Shown here in pieces: positions 12,027-25,784 of a stretch of 42,173 bases of DNA. The notes under the pieces were generated by a model, which was not told the origin of the DNA, searched no databases, and was given only the letters and a program-made list of their open reading frames with translations. The DNA lies in NCBI GenBank assembly GCA_963845755.1, contig CAWJTV010000046.1:1-42173 (forward strand). Reading direction: 5' to 3'. Both the position numbers and the translations under genes were made by a program. How positions within the stretch are numbered: the stretch's first letter is position 1; each line of letters begins with the position of its first letter. This stretch comes from an uncultured Planctomycetota bacterium (GTDB lineage: Bacteria > Planctomycetota > Planctomycetia > Isosphaerales > Isosphaeraceae).

Positions 12027-13340
12027 ATGCTGATCGAGTTTCGGGTCGAGAATCACCGCTCGTTGCGTGATGAGCAGGTATTGACCATGGAGGCGGGGCG
12101 CGTCGGCGATGACGCGGACCGGCGGCCACGTCGCGTGCAGGGCTATGGGGAAAGCCTGCTTCCCGCCACGGCGTTGTATGGGGCGAATGCCAGCGGCAAG
12201 AGTAATGTGCTATCCGCACTCGCATTCATGCGCAACGCCGTTATCTTATCGCAACGGGCCTGGTCGCCTGACGAGGGGGTGCCGCGAGAACCATTTGCGT
12301 GGGGACCAAAGCGACACGAACCCTCATTATTCGAAGTCTCCTTCCTTTGTGCTGATGTTCGTTATCAATATGGCTTCCTCGCATCCGACGAAGCCTTTCT
12401 GGAAGAGTGGTTGTACGCGTGGCCGAATGGGAAAAAGCAAACCTGGTACACACGAGACATCACAAAACCGATCAATTTCGGCGAGAACTTGAAGGGCGAG
12501 AACAAGCTCATCGGGGAAGTTACCAGGCCCAACGCTCTGTTCCTTTCGGCAGCGGCGGAGCATGGTCACCCGCAGTTAACGAGGATCTTCTCGTGGTTTG
12601 GATCGCTTCAGGTGGTGAACGTGAGCGTGGGGGGCGGGGGACGATTCGTTGCGTCGGGAATGCGTACCGAATCCTGGCTGGCTCGACAGCTTGAAGACGC
12701 CGCGATCGAGGCACGCCAACAGATGCTATTCTCTAGGGAAGCACTCGACGAAACACTTCTCGACCGCTTCCGCGCCCTGTTGAGGAATGCGGATATCGGG
12801 ATCGTGGATTTGAGGGTCAGCAAGAATGAGTCGGATGATTCACCTCGGCTTTCACGATCACGAAGGATTCAACTGAAGCACCAGAGTGAAGTCGATGATG
12901 CATGGCTGCTGCTGGAGGATGAGTCGCGAGGGACGCAAACGCTGTTTCGTCTCGCCTTGCCGATTCTGCAGACCGTAGAGGAGGGTGGCATTCTTCTCGT
13001 CGATGAGCTGGAGGCCAGTCTCCACCCCGCACTCGCTCATCACATCGTCCGCCAGTTCAATGATCCCACCGCAAATCCGCGCAATGCCCAGATCATCTTC
13101 ACCACACATGACACCAACTTACTGGGCACGACGGTGGGCGAGCCCGCGCTGAGACGGGATCAGGTGTGGCTCACCGAGAAGGACAACGAAGGAGCGACGG
13201 TGCTCTACCCGTTGACAGACTATAAACCCCGGAAGGCCGAGAACCTCGAGCGCGGTTACCTCCAGGGCCGATATGGTGCTATCCCGTTCCTGGGTGGTTT
13301 CCGTTTGACCGAGGAATTGCCAGCCGCGGCCAAGGAGTGA
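12027..13340 (+). CDS. ABC-type/AAA_21 ATPase (RloA/AbiLi-like)
   Basis: 'MLIEFRVENHRS', Walker A 'GANASGKS', signature 'ESRGT', Walker B/D-loop 'LLVDELEASLHP', H-loop 'IFTTH', C-terminal 'YLQGRYGAIP'. Confidence 0.9.
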   Translation: MLIEFRVENHRSLRDEQVLTMEAGRVGDDADRRPRRVQGYGESLLPATALYGANASGKSNVLSALAFMRNAVILSQRAWSPDEGVPREPFAWGPKRHEPSLFEVSFLCADVRYQYGFLASDEAFLEEWLYAWPNGKKQTWYTRDITKPINFGENLKGENKLIGEVTRPNALFLSAAAEHGHPQLTRIFSWFGSLQVVNVSVGGGGRFVASGMRTESWLARQLEDAAIEARQQMLFSREALDETLLDRFRALLRNADIGIVDLRVSKNESDDSPRLSRSRRIQLKHQSEVDDAWLLLEDESRGTQTLFRLALPILQTVEEGGILLVDELEASLHPALAHHIVRQFNDPTANPRNAQIIFTTHDTNLLGTTVGEPALRRDQVWLTEKDNEGATVLYPLTDYKPRKAENLERGYLQGRYGAIPFLGGFRLTEELPAAAKE

Positions 13341-13346
13341 GCCGAC

Positions 13347-13988
13347 ATGGCCAACCAGCGCCGCGACCGCCCGCGTAGACCGGGGCGGCGAACGCCATTT
13401 CGCGAGCCCAAGCCGGTAATCCTCATCGTCTGCGAAGGGAAGCGAACCGAGCGCGAGTACTTCGAGGGGTTCGCATTGGCCTACCGCAGATTGGTGGATG
13501 TCCGGATCGCCCGCGAGCACGGGGTTCCGCGGACCCTGGTGAACATCGCCAAGAATTACAAGGAGGAGGCGGAAGACGCAGCCAAACGAGAACGCGATGG
13601 TAATCTGGCTTATGATTCAGTCTGGTGTGTTTTCGACGTAGACGACCACCCACACGTCGCCGATGCCTTGCAGATGGCGCAAGACAACGGCATCAAACTG
13701 GCGATCTCGAATCCGTGCTTCGAGCTATGGCTGCTCCTTCATTTCAGGGATGGTCCCGGCATGCAACACAGGGAAAAGATCGTGAAACTGCTGTCCAAGT
13801 ATGTGAGTGGATACGATAAAGGAGTTGAGTTCACAGCATACTCGGCAGGTTATCAGCAAGCTGTGGCGCGAGCGAAACGAATGGACCAGTCCGACCAGAG
13901 CCTGGGTGATCTCGGATGTAATCCGACGACTCGGGTCTATAAACTCACGGAGGAGATCCGAGGGCTTGGCGGATCGGATGGTCAATGA
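13347..13988 (+). CDS. RloB family protein (TOPRIM-like)
   Basis: 'LIVCEGKRTEREYF', 'VWCVFDVD', 'SNPCFELWLLLHF', 'NPTTRVYKL'; 6 nt after the ATPase. Confidence 0.9.
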   Translation: MANQRRDRPRRPGRRTPFREPKPVILIVCEGKRTEREYFEGFALAYRRLVDVRIAREHGVPRTLVNIAKNYKEEAEDAAKRERDGNLAYDSVWCVFDVDDHPHVADALQMAQDNGIKLAISNPCFELWLLLHFRDGPGMQHREKIVKLLSKYVSGYDKGVEFTAYSAGYQQAVARAKRMDQSDQSLGDLGCNPTTRVYKLTEEIRGLGGSDGQ

Positions 13989-14103
13989 GCCGAGGTGCAT
14001 GAGGCACGCGGATGTCATCACTTGGTGGCGGTTCGCGAAGCCTGGTAGGATCCGGGTGGGTGAGAGAAACTCACCCGCACAACGCCCGCCGGAGGACCGC
14101 GAC

Positions 14104-14947
14104 GTGCCTCTTCCTCGGTTCGCCCACAGCCCCGAGTTCCAGCGATTGCTGTCGGGCGAGGGTCCAGTACACCTGGCGCGAGTGGCCCTGGAGATCGCCC
14201 GCGACGCCTACCCCGACCTGGACATCGATCTCTACCTGAATCGGATCCAGGCGCTGGCCGACCGGGTTCCCCCGCGATGTCCCCCGGGAGGCAAGGTGCG
14301 CGACATCCTCGGGCAGATCAACTGGGTCTTGTTCGTTGAGGAGGAACTGCGCGGCAATGCCGCGGATTACTACGATCCCCGGAACAGCTATCTCAACGAG
14401 GTACTCGACCGCTGGCTAGGGATCCCGATCACCCTGTCGGTGCTCTATCAGGCGGTGGCGGAACATTTGGGACTGACGATGGCCGGTATGAACTTGCCGG
14501 CCCATTTCATGCTGCGGGTGGACGATGGGGAGCAGACGTGGTTCGTGGATCCGTTCGATGAGGGGACCATGCTGAACCGGGTTGCATGCGAGCGAAAGCT
14601 CTCCGAGCTCCTCCAGCAACCGGTAATCCTCAACGAGGCCATGACGGCGCCCTGCCCCCTCGCCGTGGTCGTCACGCGCATGCTTCCGGAACTTGAAGAC
14701 GATCTACCTCAATGCGACGGATCCTGCCTCGGCACTGCCGGTCCAGCGGCGGCTGACGGCCCTCAACCCGAACGATCACCAGGAAGTCCATGACCTGGGC
14801 GTTCTCTGCCTCAACGCGGATCGACCCGGCGAGGCCATCGACCCACTCCAGATCTATCTTGCCGCAACCGCAACAGAGTCCCCAAAGTCCCGGGAGATCC
14901 AGGCGCTGCTTGACGCCGCCCGCCGCCAGGTGGCCCGCACCAATTGA
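14104..14947 (+). CDS. SirB1 / transglutaminase-like (Transglut_core2) + TPR protein; frameshift at ~14687
   Basis: 'GNAADYYDPRNSYLNEVLD..GIPITLSVLY', 'MNLPAHF', 'FVDPF', continuing in the next frame as 'NLKTIY...DLG..AIDPLQIYL'. GGAGG precedes GTG 14104. Confidence 0.8.
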
Positions 14948-14977
14948 AGGGTGTCGTGGGGTCCTGGCAGTTTGCAA

Positions 14978-16145
14978 TCAGGCGGGCATCCCGTGAGTCG
15001 GGATTTCCTCGATCGCCACGACCCGCCGTTCATCGACCGCCTTGCGGGCCAGCAGCCCGATGAGTGTGGCGGCGCGGGCGTCGGCCAGGGTGATGGGAGG
15101 CGGCGGCGGGGTCTCGGACCGGACCGCGGCCAGGAACGCCTCGAGGGCCATCCGGGAATCGGGTTGAGGGCCGGGCTGGATGGTCTGGCGCGGCAAGGCT
15201 CGATCGCGCAGCGTCAGCGCGCCGGTCGCGAAATCGAAGCCCCCATCCTCTCCCAGGATGCGCAGGGTCGAACCGGTGAAGCCGTCGTCGGCCGGCGCGA
15301 TCCGAGCTCTGGACGAACGCGGCGCGGAATCCGTCCCGCCATTCCAGCTCGACCGCATAATGGTCGGTCACATCGCGGAGCGGGTCGGTCCCCGCGAAGA
15401 GTCCGCGACGGCCCCAACCGCTGGCGCGGACCGGCGTCTCCCCCTTGATCCAATGCAGGACGTCCCAGATGTGGACGGCCTGCTCGACCATCCAGTCGCC
15501 CGAACGGTCCCGGCGGCCCAGCCAGCCCGCATGTCCGGTCATCGGGCCATTGCTGCTGCTCCAGGCCGAACGCGCCTCGACCAGACCACCCAGGTCGCCG
15601 CGCTGGATCCGCTCGACCCCTTCGCGGAACCTCGGATTGGAACGCCGCTGGTAGCCGAGGTGGACCACCATCCGGGGCGCCTGCGCGGCGGAGGCGATCA
15701 GTCGATCACAGCCGGCGAGGCTCGGGGCCAATGGCTTCTCGGCGTAGAGGTGTTTCCCGGCCGCGATCGCATCGCGGTAGACCGGCTCGTGGAGGTCGCA
15801 GGGCAAGGCGACGACGACCGCGTCGAGGTCGGGCCGATCCAGCAGCCGGCGATGGTCATCGAGCGCCTCGGGCCGCTGCCCGCGGGCCTTCTCGACGATC
15901 CCCTGCCCACGCAGCCGGTGCTTCGGCTCGGCGTCGCAGACCGCGACGACGGACGTCCCCCGCAGCTCGAGCAGGCTCCGCAGTAACGTCGTGCCGCGAT
16001 TGCCGATCCCGATCACGCCCAGCCGGAGCGGGGCCGCTTCCTCATCCCGGGCCGCTGCATCGGCCAGAGTCCCCTGCGACAACGCCAGGCTCGCCGCCGC
16101 CGAGCAGCTCAGGAATCGTCTGCGGTTCAATTGGATCGGAGGCAT
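14978..16145 (-). CDS. Tat-exported Gfo/Idh/MocA oxidoreductase; frameshift at ~15305
   Basis: Twin-arginine 'NRRRFL', 'GVIGIGNRG', 'YAEKP', 'GYQRR', 'EQAVHIWD'. Confidence 0.88.
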
Positions 16146-16151
16146 TGTCTC

Positions 16152-16193
16152 GATTCCCGACTCCGGATTCCCGGCTCTCGACTTCAAATCCAA
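16152..16193. repeat. Degenerate heptamer tandem repeat (GATTCCC-type, 6 units)
   Basis: GATTCCC GACTCCG GATTCCC GGCTCTC GACTTCA AATCCAA. Confidence 0.6.
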
Positions 16194-16251
16194 AGTAGGC
16201 ACCCACTTGGCGCAGACCAACCGCCCCACGCCCGGATGCGCTCCGACTTGT

Positions 16252-16317
16252 ATTATACACGGACACGGTCGCAACTTCGAGTCTCCGGCTGGCGACAGAT
16301 CGGGGGCATGATATACT
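16252..16317. promoter_or_regulatory. Divergent -10 elements for the oxidoreductase (minus) and pyrG (plus)
   Basis: TATAAT on the minus strand (16257-16252) and TGaTATACT on the plus strand (16309-16317), in an otherwise GC-rich spacer. The -35 elements are weak. Confidence 0.45.
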
Positions 16318-16366
16318 ACATTCCTGGCGCCGGCATACAGATGATCACAATCCGGATGAGGGGAAT

Positions 16367-18022
16367 ATGGCCAAGCACATCTTCGTGACCGGCGGGGTCG
16401 TCAGCTCGCTGGGGAAGGGGTTGACCTGCGCATCGATCGGCATGCTGCTGGAGCAGCGCGGCCTCCAGGTCCGGCTCCAGAAGTTTGATCCTTACATCAA
16501 CGTCAACCCGGGCACGATGAGCCCGTATCAGCACGGCGAGGTCTACGTGCTCGACGACGGCGCCGAGACCGACCTCGACCTGGGCCATTATGAGCGGTTT
16601 ACCCGGGCTCCCTTGACGCGACACTGCAACTACACGACCGGGAAGATCTACTTGTCCGTGATCGAGAAGGAGCGGGAGGGCAGCTTTTACGAAGGGAAGA
16701 CGGTCCAGGTCATCCCTCACGTCACCGACGAGATCAAGGCGGCGATCCACCAACTGGCCACGGATGATGTGGACGTCGTGATCACGGAGATCGGCGGCAC
16801 GGTCGGCGACATCGAGGGCTTGCCGTTCCTGGAGGCGATCCGCCAGTTCGCGCTCGATGTCGGCCGGGAGAATTGCCTCTATATCCACCTGACCCTCGTG
16901 GTTTATCTCAAGGCGGCGGGCGAGCTGAAGACCAAGCCCACGCAGCACTCGGTCGGGGACCTCCGGCAGATCGGCATCCAGCCGGACGTGCTAATCTGCC
17001 GGACCGAACATCCGATCTCTTCCGAAGAAAAGGATAAGATCGCCCTGTTCGCCAACGTCGATCGCAAGGCGGTGATCGAGGAGCGGGACAAGCAGTTCAG
17101 CATCTACGAGGTCCCCCTGAGCCTGGTCAACCACGGGCTCGACGAGATCCTGGTGAAGCGGCTGCGCCTCAAGTCCAGCCCGCTGGACCTCGGCAACTGG
17201 TGCGACATGGTCGATCGGATCAAGAATCCCAAGCACGAGGTTCGGATCGCGGTCGTCGGCAAGTACATGAAGCATCGCGACGCCTACAAGTCGGTCTACG
17301 AGGCGCTGGACCATGCCGGGATCGCGAACCGCGCCCGGGTGCTGGTGGTGCGCGTGGAGGCCGAGGAAGTCGGGAGCCGAGGAGCGGAGGCCATCCTGGG
17401 GGGGGTAGACGGGATCCTGGTCCCCGGCGGTTTCGGCATGCGGGGCATCGAGGGAAAGATCGAAGCGATCCGCTTCGCGAGGACGCGCAACATCCCCTAC
17501 TTTGGCATCTGCCTCGGCATGCAGTGTGCCGTGGTGGAGTTCGCCCGAAGCGTGCTCGGTTTCGACGAAGCCAACAGTACCGAGTTCGACCCGACGACCG
17601 ACCACCCCGTCATCTGGCTGATGGAAGAACAACAGTCGGTCCGCGAGCGGGGTGGCACGATGCGGCTCGGCTCGTGGCCGTGCGCCCTGGCCGGGGACAG
17701 CCTGGCCCGCGAGGCATACGGCGTGGACCTGATCGCCGAACGGCACCGCCATCGCTACGAGTTCAACAACGCCTATCGCAGCCACTTCGAGGACAATGGG
17801 CTGGTCGCGACCGGGACCAGCCCCGACGGGACGATCGTCGAGATCGTCGAGCTGACCGATCACCCCTGGTTCGTCGCCGTCCAGTTCCACCCCGAGTTCA
17901 AGTCGAAGCCGACGCAGGCGCACCCGCTGTTCCGGGAATTCATCGCCGCGGCGCTCCGGCAGCGCGGGACGAATCGGTCGGGCCTGGTGACCGAGCTGGA
18001 GGCCCGGGTCGGGGTGTCTTGA
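16367..18022 (+). CDS. pyrG: CTP synthase
   Basis: '[14 protein letters not shown]', '[18 protein letters not shown]', glutaminase 'GICLGMQ', 'RHRHRYE', 'QFHPEF'. Confidence 0.99.
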   Translation: MAKHIFVTGGVVSSLGKGLTCASIGMLLEQRGLQVRLQKFDPYINVNPGTMSPYQHGEVYVLDDGAETDLDLGHYERFTRAPLTRHCNYTTGKIYLSVIEKEREGSFYEGKTVQVIPHVTDEIKAAIHQLATDDVDVVITEIGGTVGDIEGLPFLEAIRQFALDVGRENCLYIHLTLVVYLKAAGELKTKPTQHSVGDLRQIGIQPDVLICRTEHPISSEEKDKIALFANVDRKAVIEERDKQFSIYEVPLSLVNHGLDEILVKRLRLKSSPLDLGNWCDMVDRIKNPKHEVRIAVVGKYMKHRDAYKSVYEALDHAGIANRARVLVVRVEAEEVGSRGAEAILGGVDGILVPGGFGMRGIEGKIEAIRFARTRNIPYFGICLGMQCAVVEFARSVLGFDEANSTEFDPTTDHPVIWLMEEQQSVRERGGTMRLGSWPCALAGDSLAREAYGVDLIAERHRHRYEFNNAYRSHFEDNGLVATGTSPDGTIVEIVELTDHPWFVAVQFHPEFKSKPTQAHPLFREFIAAALRQRGTNRSGLVTELEARVGVS

Positions 18023-18076
18023 GTCCCACCCGATTCTTGCCGGAGCGGAGAGATCGGCCACCTCGGAGTTTCGTCG

Positions 18077-19220
18077 ATGATCGTCGCCGCGCGGCATTAC
18101 CAGGATGGGTGTTGGGTGGAGCTGACGATCCGCGGCGATCGCATCGCCGCGCTCCGGCCGGTCGAGGGCCCCGGGCCGATCGGTCCCGAGGAGGATTGGG
18201 TGGCCCCCGCTTTCTGGGACATCCAGATCAACGGCCGATGGGGACATTCGTTCTCCAGCCCCGATTTGACCGTCGAGCGGGTGGCCGAGATCGTCAGGGG
18301 CGAAGGCGAGCCTCGGCACGGCCCGGCTCTGCCCGACCCTGATCACGGCGCCGGCCGCGTCGATGCGACACGGGCTCCGGACGATCGCCGCGGCCTGCGA
18401 GGCATTCCCCGACGTCGCCGCACGCGTCGTCGGCATCCACCTCGAAGGGCCGTTTCTCTCGGGGGGCGACGGCTATCGGGGCGCCCATCCGACCGACGCG
18501 ATGCGAGACCCGGATTGGGCTTTCTTTCAAGAACTTCAAGAGTCATCGGGGGGCCGGATCGTGTTGATCACCCTCGCGCCGGAACGAACCGGGGCGATCG
18601 CGTTCATCCGCAAGGCCGTGGAGAGCGGAGTCGTCGTCGCCCTGGGTCACACCGCGGCCGTCGGGGCGACGATCCGGGCCGCCGTCGAGGCGGGCGCGCG
18701 GCTGAGCACCCACCTGGGCAACGGCATCGCCTCCCCCCTGCCCCGCCATCCTAACCCCATCTGGGAGCAGGCGGCGATCGACGACCTGTCCGCTTCCTTC
18801 ATCGCCGATGGCCATCACCTGGACGCGGCGACGCTCCGCGTCCTGGCCCGGGCGAAGGGCCCGGCTCGCTCCATCCTGGTGAGCGACGCCAGTCCCCTGG
18901 CCGGGCTCCCTGCTGGTATTTATGGCGAGTGGGCCGTGGATCCTTCGGGCAAGGTCGTCGTGGCAGGGACACCCTATCTGGCCGGCTCGAATCAAGGACC
19001 GGGAATCGGGGTGCGGAACCTGTTGCAGGCCACCGGCTGGACCCTCGCCGAAGCCTTGGCCTCGGCGACGAGCAATCCGGCACGGCTCCTCGGCAAACCC
19101 GAGCCTCGCCTCACCGCGGGAGAACCCGCGAACCTCCTGGTCTTTCGGCGGCCGGAGCCGATGGGATTCGTCCCGGATCGGTGTTGCGTCGGAGGAGTTT
19201 GGCAGCCGTGCTCGGCGTGA
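18077..19220 (+). CDS. nagA: N-acetylglucosamine-6-phosphate deacetylase; frameshift at ~18300
   Basis: 'APAFWDIQING', then in the next frame 'LCPTLIT', 'GIHLEGPF', 'ITLAPE', 'LGHT', 'THLGNG', 'IADGHH', 'LVSD'. Confidence 0.88.
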
Positions 19221-19278
19221 TCCCTCGATTTCCCCCCCGACCCTTCCGGGCGCGTCGCCATCGGACCGACGGCTTCCG

Positions 19279-21490
<2,212 letters not shown>

Positions 21491-22119
21491 CGCAATCCTC
21501 CCGCTGGCCAACTCCTGTGGGACCGCGAGCCGCCACATCCCGCGGCGTCCCGGCTGATCAATCCCCCTATTCAATTCGGCAAACCGACCCCTGGGCATAA
21601 CCCCATGTCTGAGTTTTCCCCGAACGACCTGGATTCCCCATCTCTCCCGCTTCCAGGCGGAATCCGGAGCCCTTTTCCGCCTCGGACCGGCTGTCGTGAT
21701 GATTCGTAAGGTCTTACCGGAACTTCGTTTGTCCCAAGGAAACGGCATGGTGGCGATCCTACCGGGGACAACCGGCCGGGGCCGGGCGGTCCGAGGCCGT
21801 CCGCGCTCTGGTCGAGACAAACCCGTCGAAGCGGGGCCGATGGCCCTGGCATGCAAGCGTCGGGACCGTTAGACTCGGCAATAATCGCGAGTTCCTGAAC
21901 GCTCGCCATGGTTGACAGTGTATCCGGGCATCGGAGGAGGGCCCTCGAGCCCTTGGCCCTAGCGGTCTTGAACCGGATGATCCGGGCGGGTCGGAAAGAG
22001 GTCCTGACGAGCCGCGTGTATGCCGCCCGCCGGGAGGTCCTTCTCGCCGATCCGGTCATTCCCGATCGAGCCCAGTGCCCGGCTCGAAACGAGTTCATGT
22101 GACGAAAGGAGACATCCTG

Positions 22120-22832
22120 GTGGTGCGCCGCTTTGTGACGCTAACCCTGTCGTTCTGCCTGCTTCTAGGCGTCGGGATCTTGCAGGCGAGCCCTTCCTTC
22201 GGTCAGGGCGAGGCCAAGAAGGAGACGCAAACTCCCCAACCCGATACTGCCAAGAAGGATGCGGCCAAACCTGACGCGCCGAAGACGGACGCGGCGAAAC
22301 CCGCTCAGCCGGCGACCAAAGAGGCCTCGAAGGCTGCCGAGACGGCCAAGGAGGCCCCGAAAGCGACCGAGGCTCCCCTGCCCCCCATTCCGCCGGAAGT
22401 CCAGGCCAAGCTCGAGGCGGCCCGCAAGGCCGTGGCCGAGGCGATCGTGGCCGCCCAGGATGCCGGCCTGGTGGAGACCTCCATCGATCCGCCGCCCATC
22501 CTCGATATCTTGATCACCGGCCTGCGCGATCGATGCACGCACGCTCAAGGCCAAGAAGCCGTACGCGGTCAGTCCCGAGGTCTTCTGCGCATGGTTCACC
22601 GGCTACGGGACGCTGGAGGGGATCGATTACGTCCATGATGTCCGGATCATCAACCCCAGGCGCAGGGCTCAAGGACTGGTACGACAACCGCGCGGGCATC
22701 CTGAGGAATTACATCGCCGAGATTCGCAAGGCCAAGGGCCAGCCGGCGACTCCGAAGGCGGCCGAGACCAAGAAGGCCGAGCCCCCGAAGCCGGCCGAGA
22801 CCAAGAAGGCCGAGCAGCCGAAGAAGTCGTAA
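22120..22832 (+). CDS. Secreted hypothetical protein with Lys/Ala/Pro-rich tails; frameshift(s) at ~22520-22660
   Basis: AAAGGAG before GTG 22120, signal peptide, core 'AEAIVAAQDAGLVETSIDPPPILDILITG', C-terminal duplicated 'AETKKAE'. Confidence 0.6.
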
Positions 22833-22983
22833 GGATGTCCGTCCCACGAGGCACGAACGATCGGCCCCTGGCCGGATGTTCGCCCGGCTCGGCTGCCCCA
22901 CGTCCGTCCGCTTGCAACGCGGCGAGGCGCTCATCAGAATAGGCTGACCGGCTTCTCAGTCGTCATCGGCCCGGAATCGTTGG

Positions 22984-23130
22984 GAGTCGCCAGTTCCCAG
23001 TTGCCAGTGACCGCCGCCAACACCAGGGGGACAGGCACCTCGAAGACTCGGAGCCAGTCCCCCTGGTGTTGGTGGCTCTTTAAAGGAATCGTCGTCGCTG
23101 GCCATCGGCAACTGAGCGTGCGAAGGCGAC
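22984..23130. repeat. Long intergenic inverted repeat (REP/MITE-like or structured RNA)
   Basis: 20-bp stem 23013-23032/23057-23076, closed by CAGTTGCC/GGCAACTG and GTCGCC/GGCGAC. The left arm is made of heptamers. Confidence 0.6.
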
Positions 23131-23260
23131 GCGGTGCGTCTCGAACCGCCCCGGACCCGACTCACCGCCGGCCCGTCCGCGCCCGGTCCGGTCGTCGTTC
23201 GGCCGCGCCGACCCCATTCCCCGATTCCGATCGAGGTCGCCCATCGTGTTGCCGAGTGTC

Positions 23261-24184
23261 GTGACCAGGGCGATCACGCCCCCACCATTCCTCGCGATGG
23301 CGTGTGAGACCGCCCGCCGCATGGGCGCGGCCGGGGTCCTCATCCTGCCCGAAGGTCCCATGGAATGGGACGTGGTCTTGGTGGCCCGTGGCGGCGATGT
23401 GCGGGTGCTGGTGGCCAGCGCGTCGCAACGGCAGCTCGAGGCCGTCCGTAAGGCCGGACTGATCGCCATCGAAGTCGAGCCGAGCGAGGCGGCCATCTCC
23501 GAACGGATCAGCCTGGCCTTGATCGAGGCGGTCGCCAACGATCAGCTCCAGGCCGGCGCGGATCGTGGTCGTCTATTCGGGCTTCGAGGCCGAGGCCATC
23601 GACTCTCTGAGCGTCATTCGGCTGGGTGAGCACCTGGAACGGCTCACCGCGCGCGATCTGAGGAAGCTGGAGACCACGGTGCCGTTCGAGACGCTCAAGG
23701 CCGTGGTGGACGTGGCCGTCGAGATCGGACGGGAGGGGCGCGAGGGGAAACCGGTCGGATCCCTGATCGTCGTCGGCGATGCGCGCACGTCCTGGCGAGG
23801 ACCCGTCCGATCGGCTTCGACCCATTCAAGGGCTACCGGCGCAAGGAACGGAATGTCCGCGACTTCCGCGTGCGCGAGGCCATCAAGGAGATCGCCCAGC
23901 TCGACGGGGCGTTCGTCGTGGCCCGCGACGGTACGGTCGAGGCCGCCTGCCGGCTCCTCGACGCACCGATGACCGGTCTGACCCTCCCCAAAGGACTGGG
24001 CACGCGCCACTGGGCCGCCGCGGCGATCACCGAGGTCACCAACGCGCTGGCCGTCGTCGTCAGCCAGTCGAACGGCACCGTCCGCCTGTTCCAGAACGGC
24101 GAGGTCATCCTCCGTATCGCCCCGATGCGACACGCCCGCGCCATGAAATGGCAGGACGCCGAGACAGAGCCGATGCCCTCGTGA
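23261..24184 (+). CDS. Diadenylate cyclase (DisA_N/DAC domain, DacZ-like architecture); frameshifts at ~23560 and ~23790
   Basis: 'AVEIGREGREGKPVG', 'IKEIAQLDGAF', 'GLGTRHWAAAAIT..T.ALAVVVSQSNGTVRLFQNG'. Confidence 0.85.
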
Positions 24185-24206
24185 TCCGGACACCGCCTTT
24201 TCTGTG

Positions 24207-25784
24207 TCAACCCGAAGCAGGCCTGCGCCGGAGATTCACCTCGCCATCATTCCGGAGCGGCTTCCCGGGTGTGCTCCGTCCCTCGGAGACGTAACGCTCC
24301 AGGAGCCGGGTGAGGCGATCGACGATCTCGGGATGATCGGCCTGGAGGTTCCGCCGCTCGCCCGGATCCCGCGCCAGGTCGTAGAGTTGAACCGGCGGCA
24401 AGCCCTTGGCCGCGTCCGAGCCCGGCCGTGGCGGGCTCCAGCCGCCCGAGTCGGGGCACAGGATCAGCTTCCACGGGCCTTGCCGGATCGCGAACGACCC
24501 GTTGATCGAGTGATGAACGGTCGCCTCGCGGACCGGACCAGCCGCCGTCCCGAGCAGGTCGGGCAGGATGCTGACGCTGTCTTCCCCCGCGTCGCCCGGC
24601 AACGTATCGCCGACGATCGCGGCGAGGGTCGCCAACAGGTCGTTGAGGCAGATCGCATCGGCGCAGGTCGAACCCGCTCTCACATGGCCCGGCCATCGGG
24701 CGATCAAGGGGATGCGGTGGCCACCTTCGAAGATGTCGGCCTTGGTACCTCGGAACGGACCGCTCGGCTTGTGACCGAGCCGGGCCAGTGCCGGGAAGCC
24801 GGCGGACGGCGAGCAGCCATTGTCGCTGGTCACGATCACCAGCGTGTTGTCCCCCAGGCCGTTGCGATCCAGCACCCGGAGCACCTCACCGACCACGGCA
24901 TCCACTTGCGCCACGAAGTCGCCGTAAGGACCCAGCCCGGTCCGGCCGCGGAACTCATCGCCTGGGACGATCGGCGTGTGCGGCGCCGTCAGGGCGAGAT
25001 AGAGGAAAAAAGGCCGGACCTCGGCACCAGAGATCCGGTGATCCAGGTAAGAAACGGCTTCCTGCTCCAGCGCCGGCAGGACGTTCGCGGCCTCGAAATC
25101 CTTCTCCGCCGGTCCCTTGCGGATATACGTCTTCTCCGTCGTGGGTACGCCGACGCAGCGATTGTCGCGAAGGAAGATGTAGGGCGGCATATCGAGCGAG
25201 GCACTGATCCCGAAGAACTGATCGAAGCCCAACGTGGTCGGACCGCCGGAAAAGGGCCGATCGTAACGGACCGCCGCCGGATCGCCCCGGGGATCGATCG
25301 CGTCACCGAAGGCGGCCGGTCTCGCGATCGCCCAGCCCAGGCCGAGGTGCCACTTTCCGACGCTTGCAGTGTGATAACCATGACGCCTGAGGAGGGAAGC
25401 GACGGTCAGGCGTCCGGGCGCGATCAAGGGCGGAGAATACCCAACGAGCACGCTCTGCTGGAGTCGTGACCGCCAGGCGTAACGGCCGGTGAGAATGCCG
25501 TACCGGGTAGGCGTGCAGACCGCCGAGCCACTGTGGGCGTCGGTAAAGCGCATCCCCTGCGCCGCGAGCCGGTCGAGGTGCGGTGTGGGGATCTTGCCGG
25601 CCGGATTGAAGCAACGGAGGTCGCCGTAGCCCAGGTCGTCGGCCAGGATGAAGACGATATTGGGTCGCTCCGCTGCATTCGAGGCCACCGGAGCGATCGC
25701 GGGAAGGAGGATCAGCAGGCCCACGATGACCGCGATGTGGCCGCAGAATGATGATCGGCGGAGCCTGGTCGGGCGATGTCCCAT
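24207..25784 (-). CDS. Arylsulfatase (formylglycine-dependent S1 sulfatase)
   Basis: Signal peptide, 'PNIVFILADDLGYGD', 'CTPTRYGILTGRY', 'GKWHLG', 'SDNG', 'EGGHRIP'; intact. Confidence 0.95.
   Translation of the reverse strand: MGHRPTRLRRSSFCGHIAVIVGLLILLPAIAPVASNAAERPNIVFILADDLGYGDLRCFNPAGKIPTPHLDRLAAQGMRFTDAHSGSAVCTPTRYGILTGRYAWRSRLQQSVLVGYSPPLIAPGRLTVASLLRRHGYHTASVGKWHLGLGWAIARPAAFGDAIDPRGDPAAVRYDRPFSGGPTTLGFDQFFGISASLDMPPYIFLRDNRCVGVPTTEKTYIRKGPAEKDFEAANVLPALEQEAVSYLDHRISGAEVRPFFLYLALTAPHTPIVPGDEFRGRTGLGPYGDFVAQVDAVVGEVLRVLDRNGLGDNTLVIVTSDNGCSPSAGFPALARLGHKPSGPFRGTKADIFEGGHRIPLIARWPGHVRAGSTCADAICLNDLLATLAAIVGDTLPGDAGEDSVSILPDLLGTAAGPVREATVHHSINGSFAIRQGPWKLILCPDSGGWSPPRPGSDAAKGLPPVQLYDLARDPGERRNLQADHPEIVDRLTRLLERYVSEGRSTPGKPLRNDGEVNLRRRPASG

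Noticed and set aside
21578..21620. c-di-GMP-I riboswitch (GGCAAACC seen)
   Set aside because: No GAAA-capped stem or GACGCAAAGC follows.
22900..23260. c-di-AMP (ydaO) riboswitch before the cyclase
   Set aside because: The conserved GCUGAAUC...GGAACC elements are not present.
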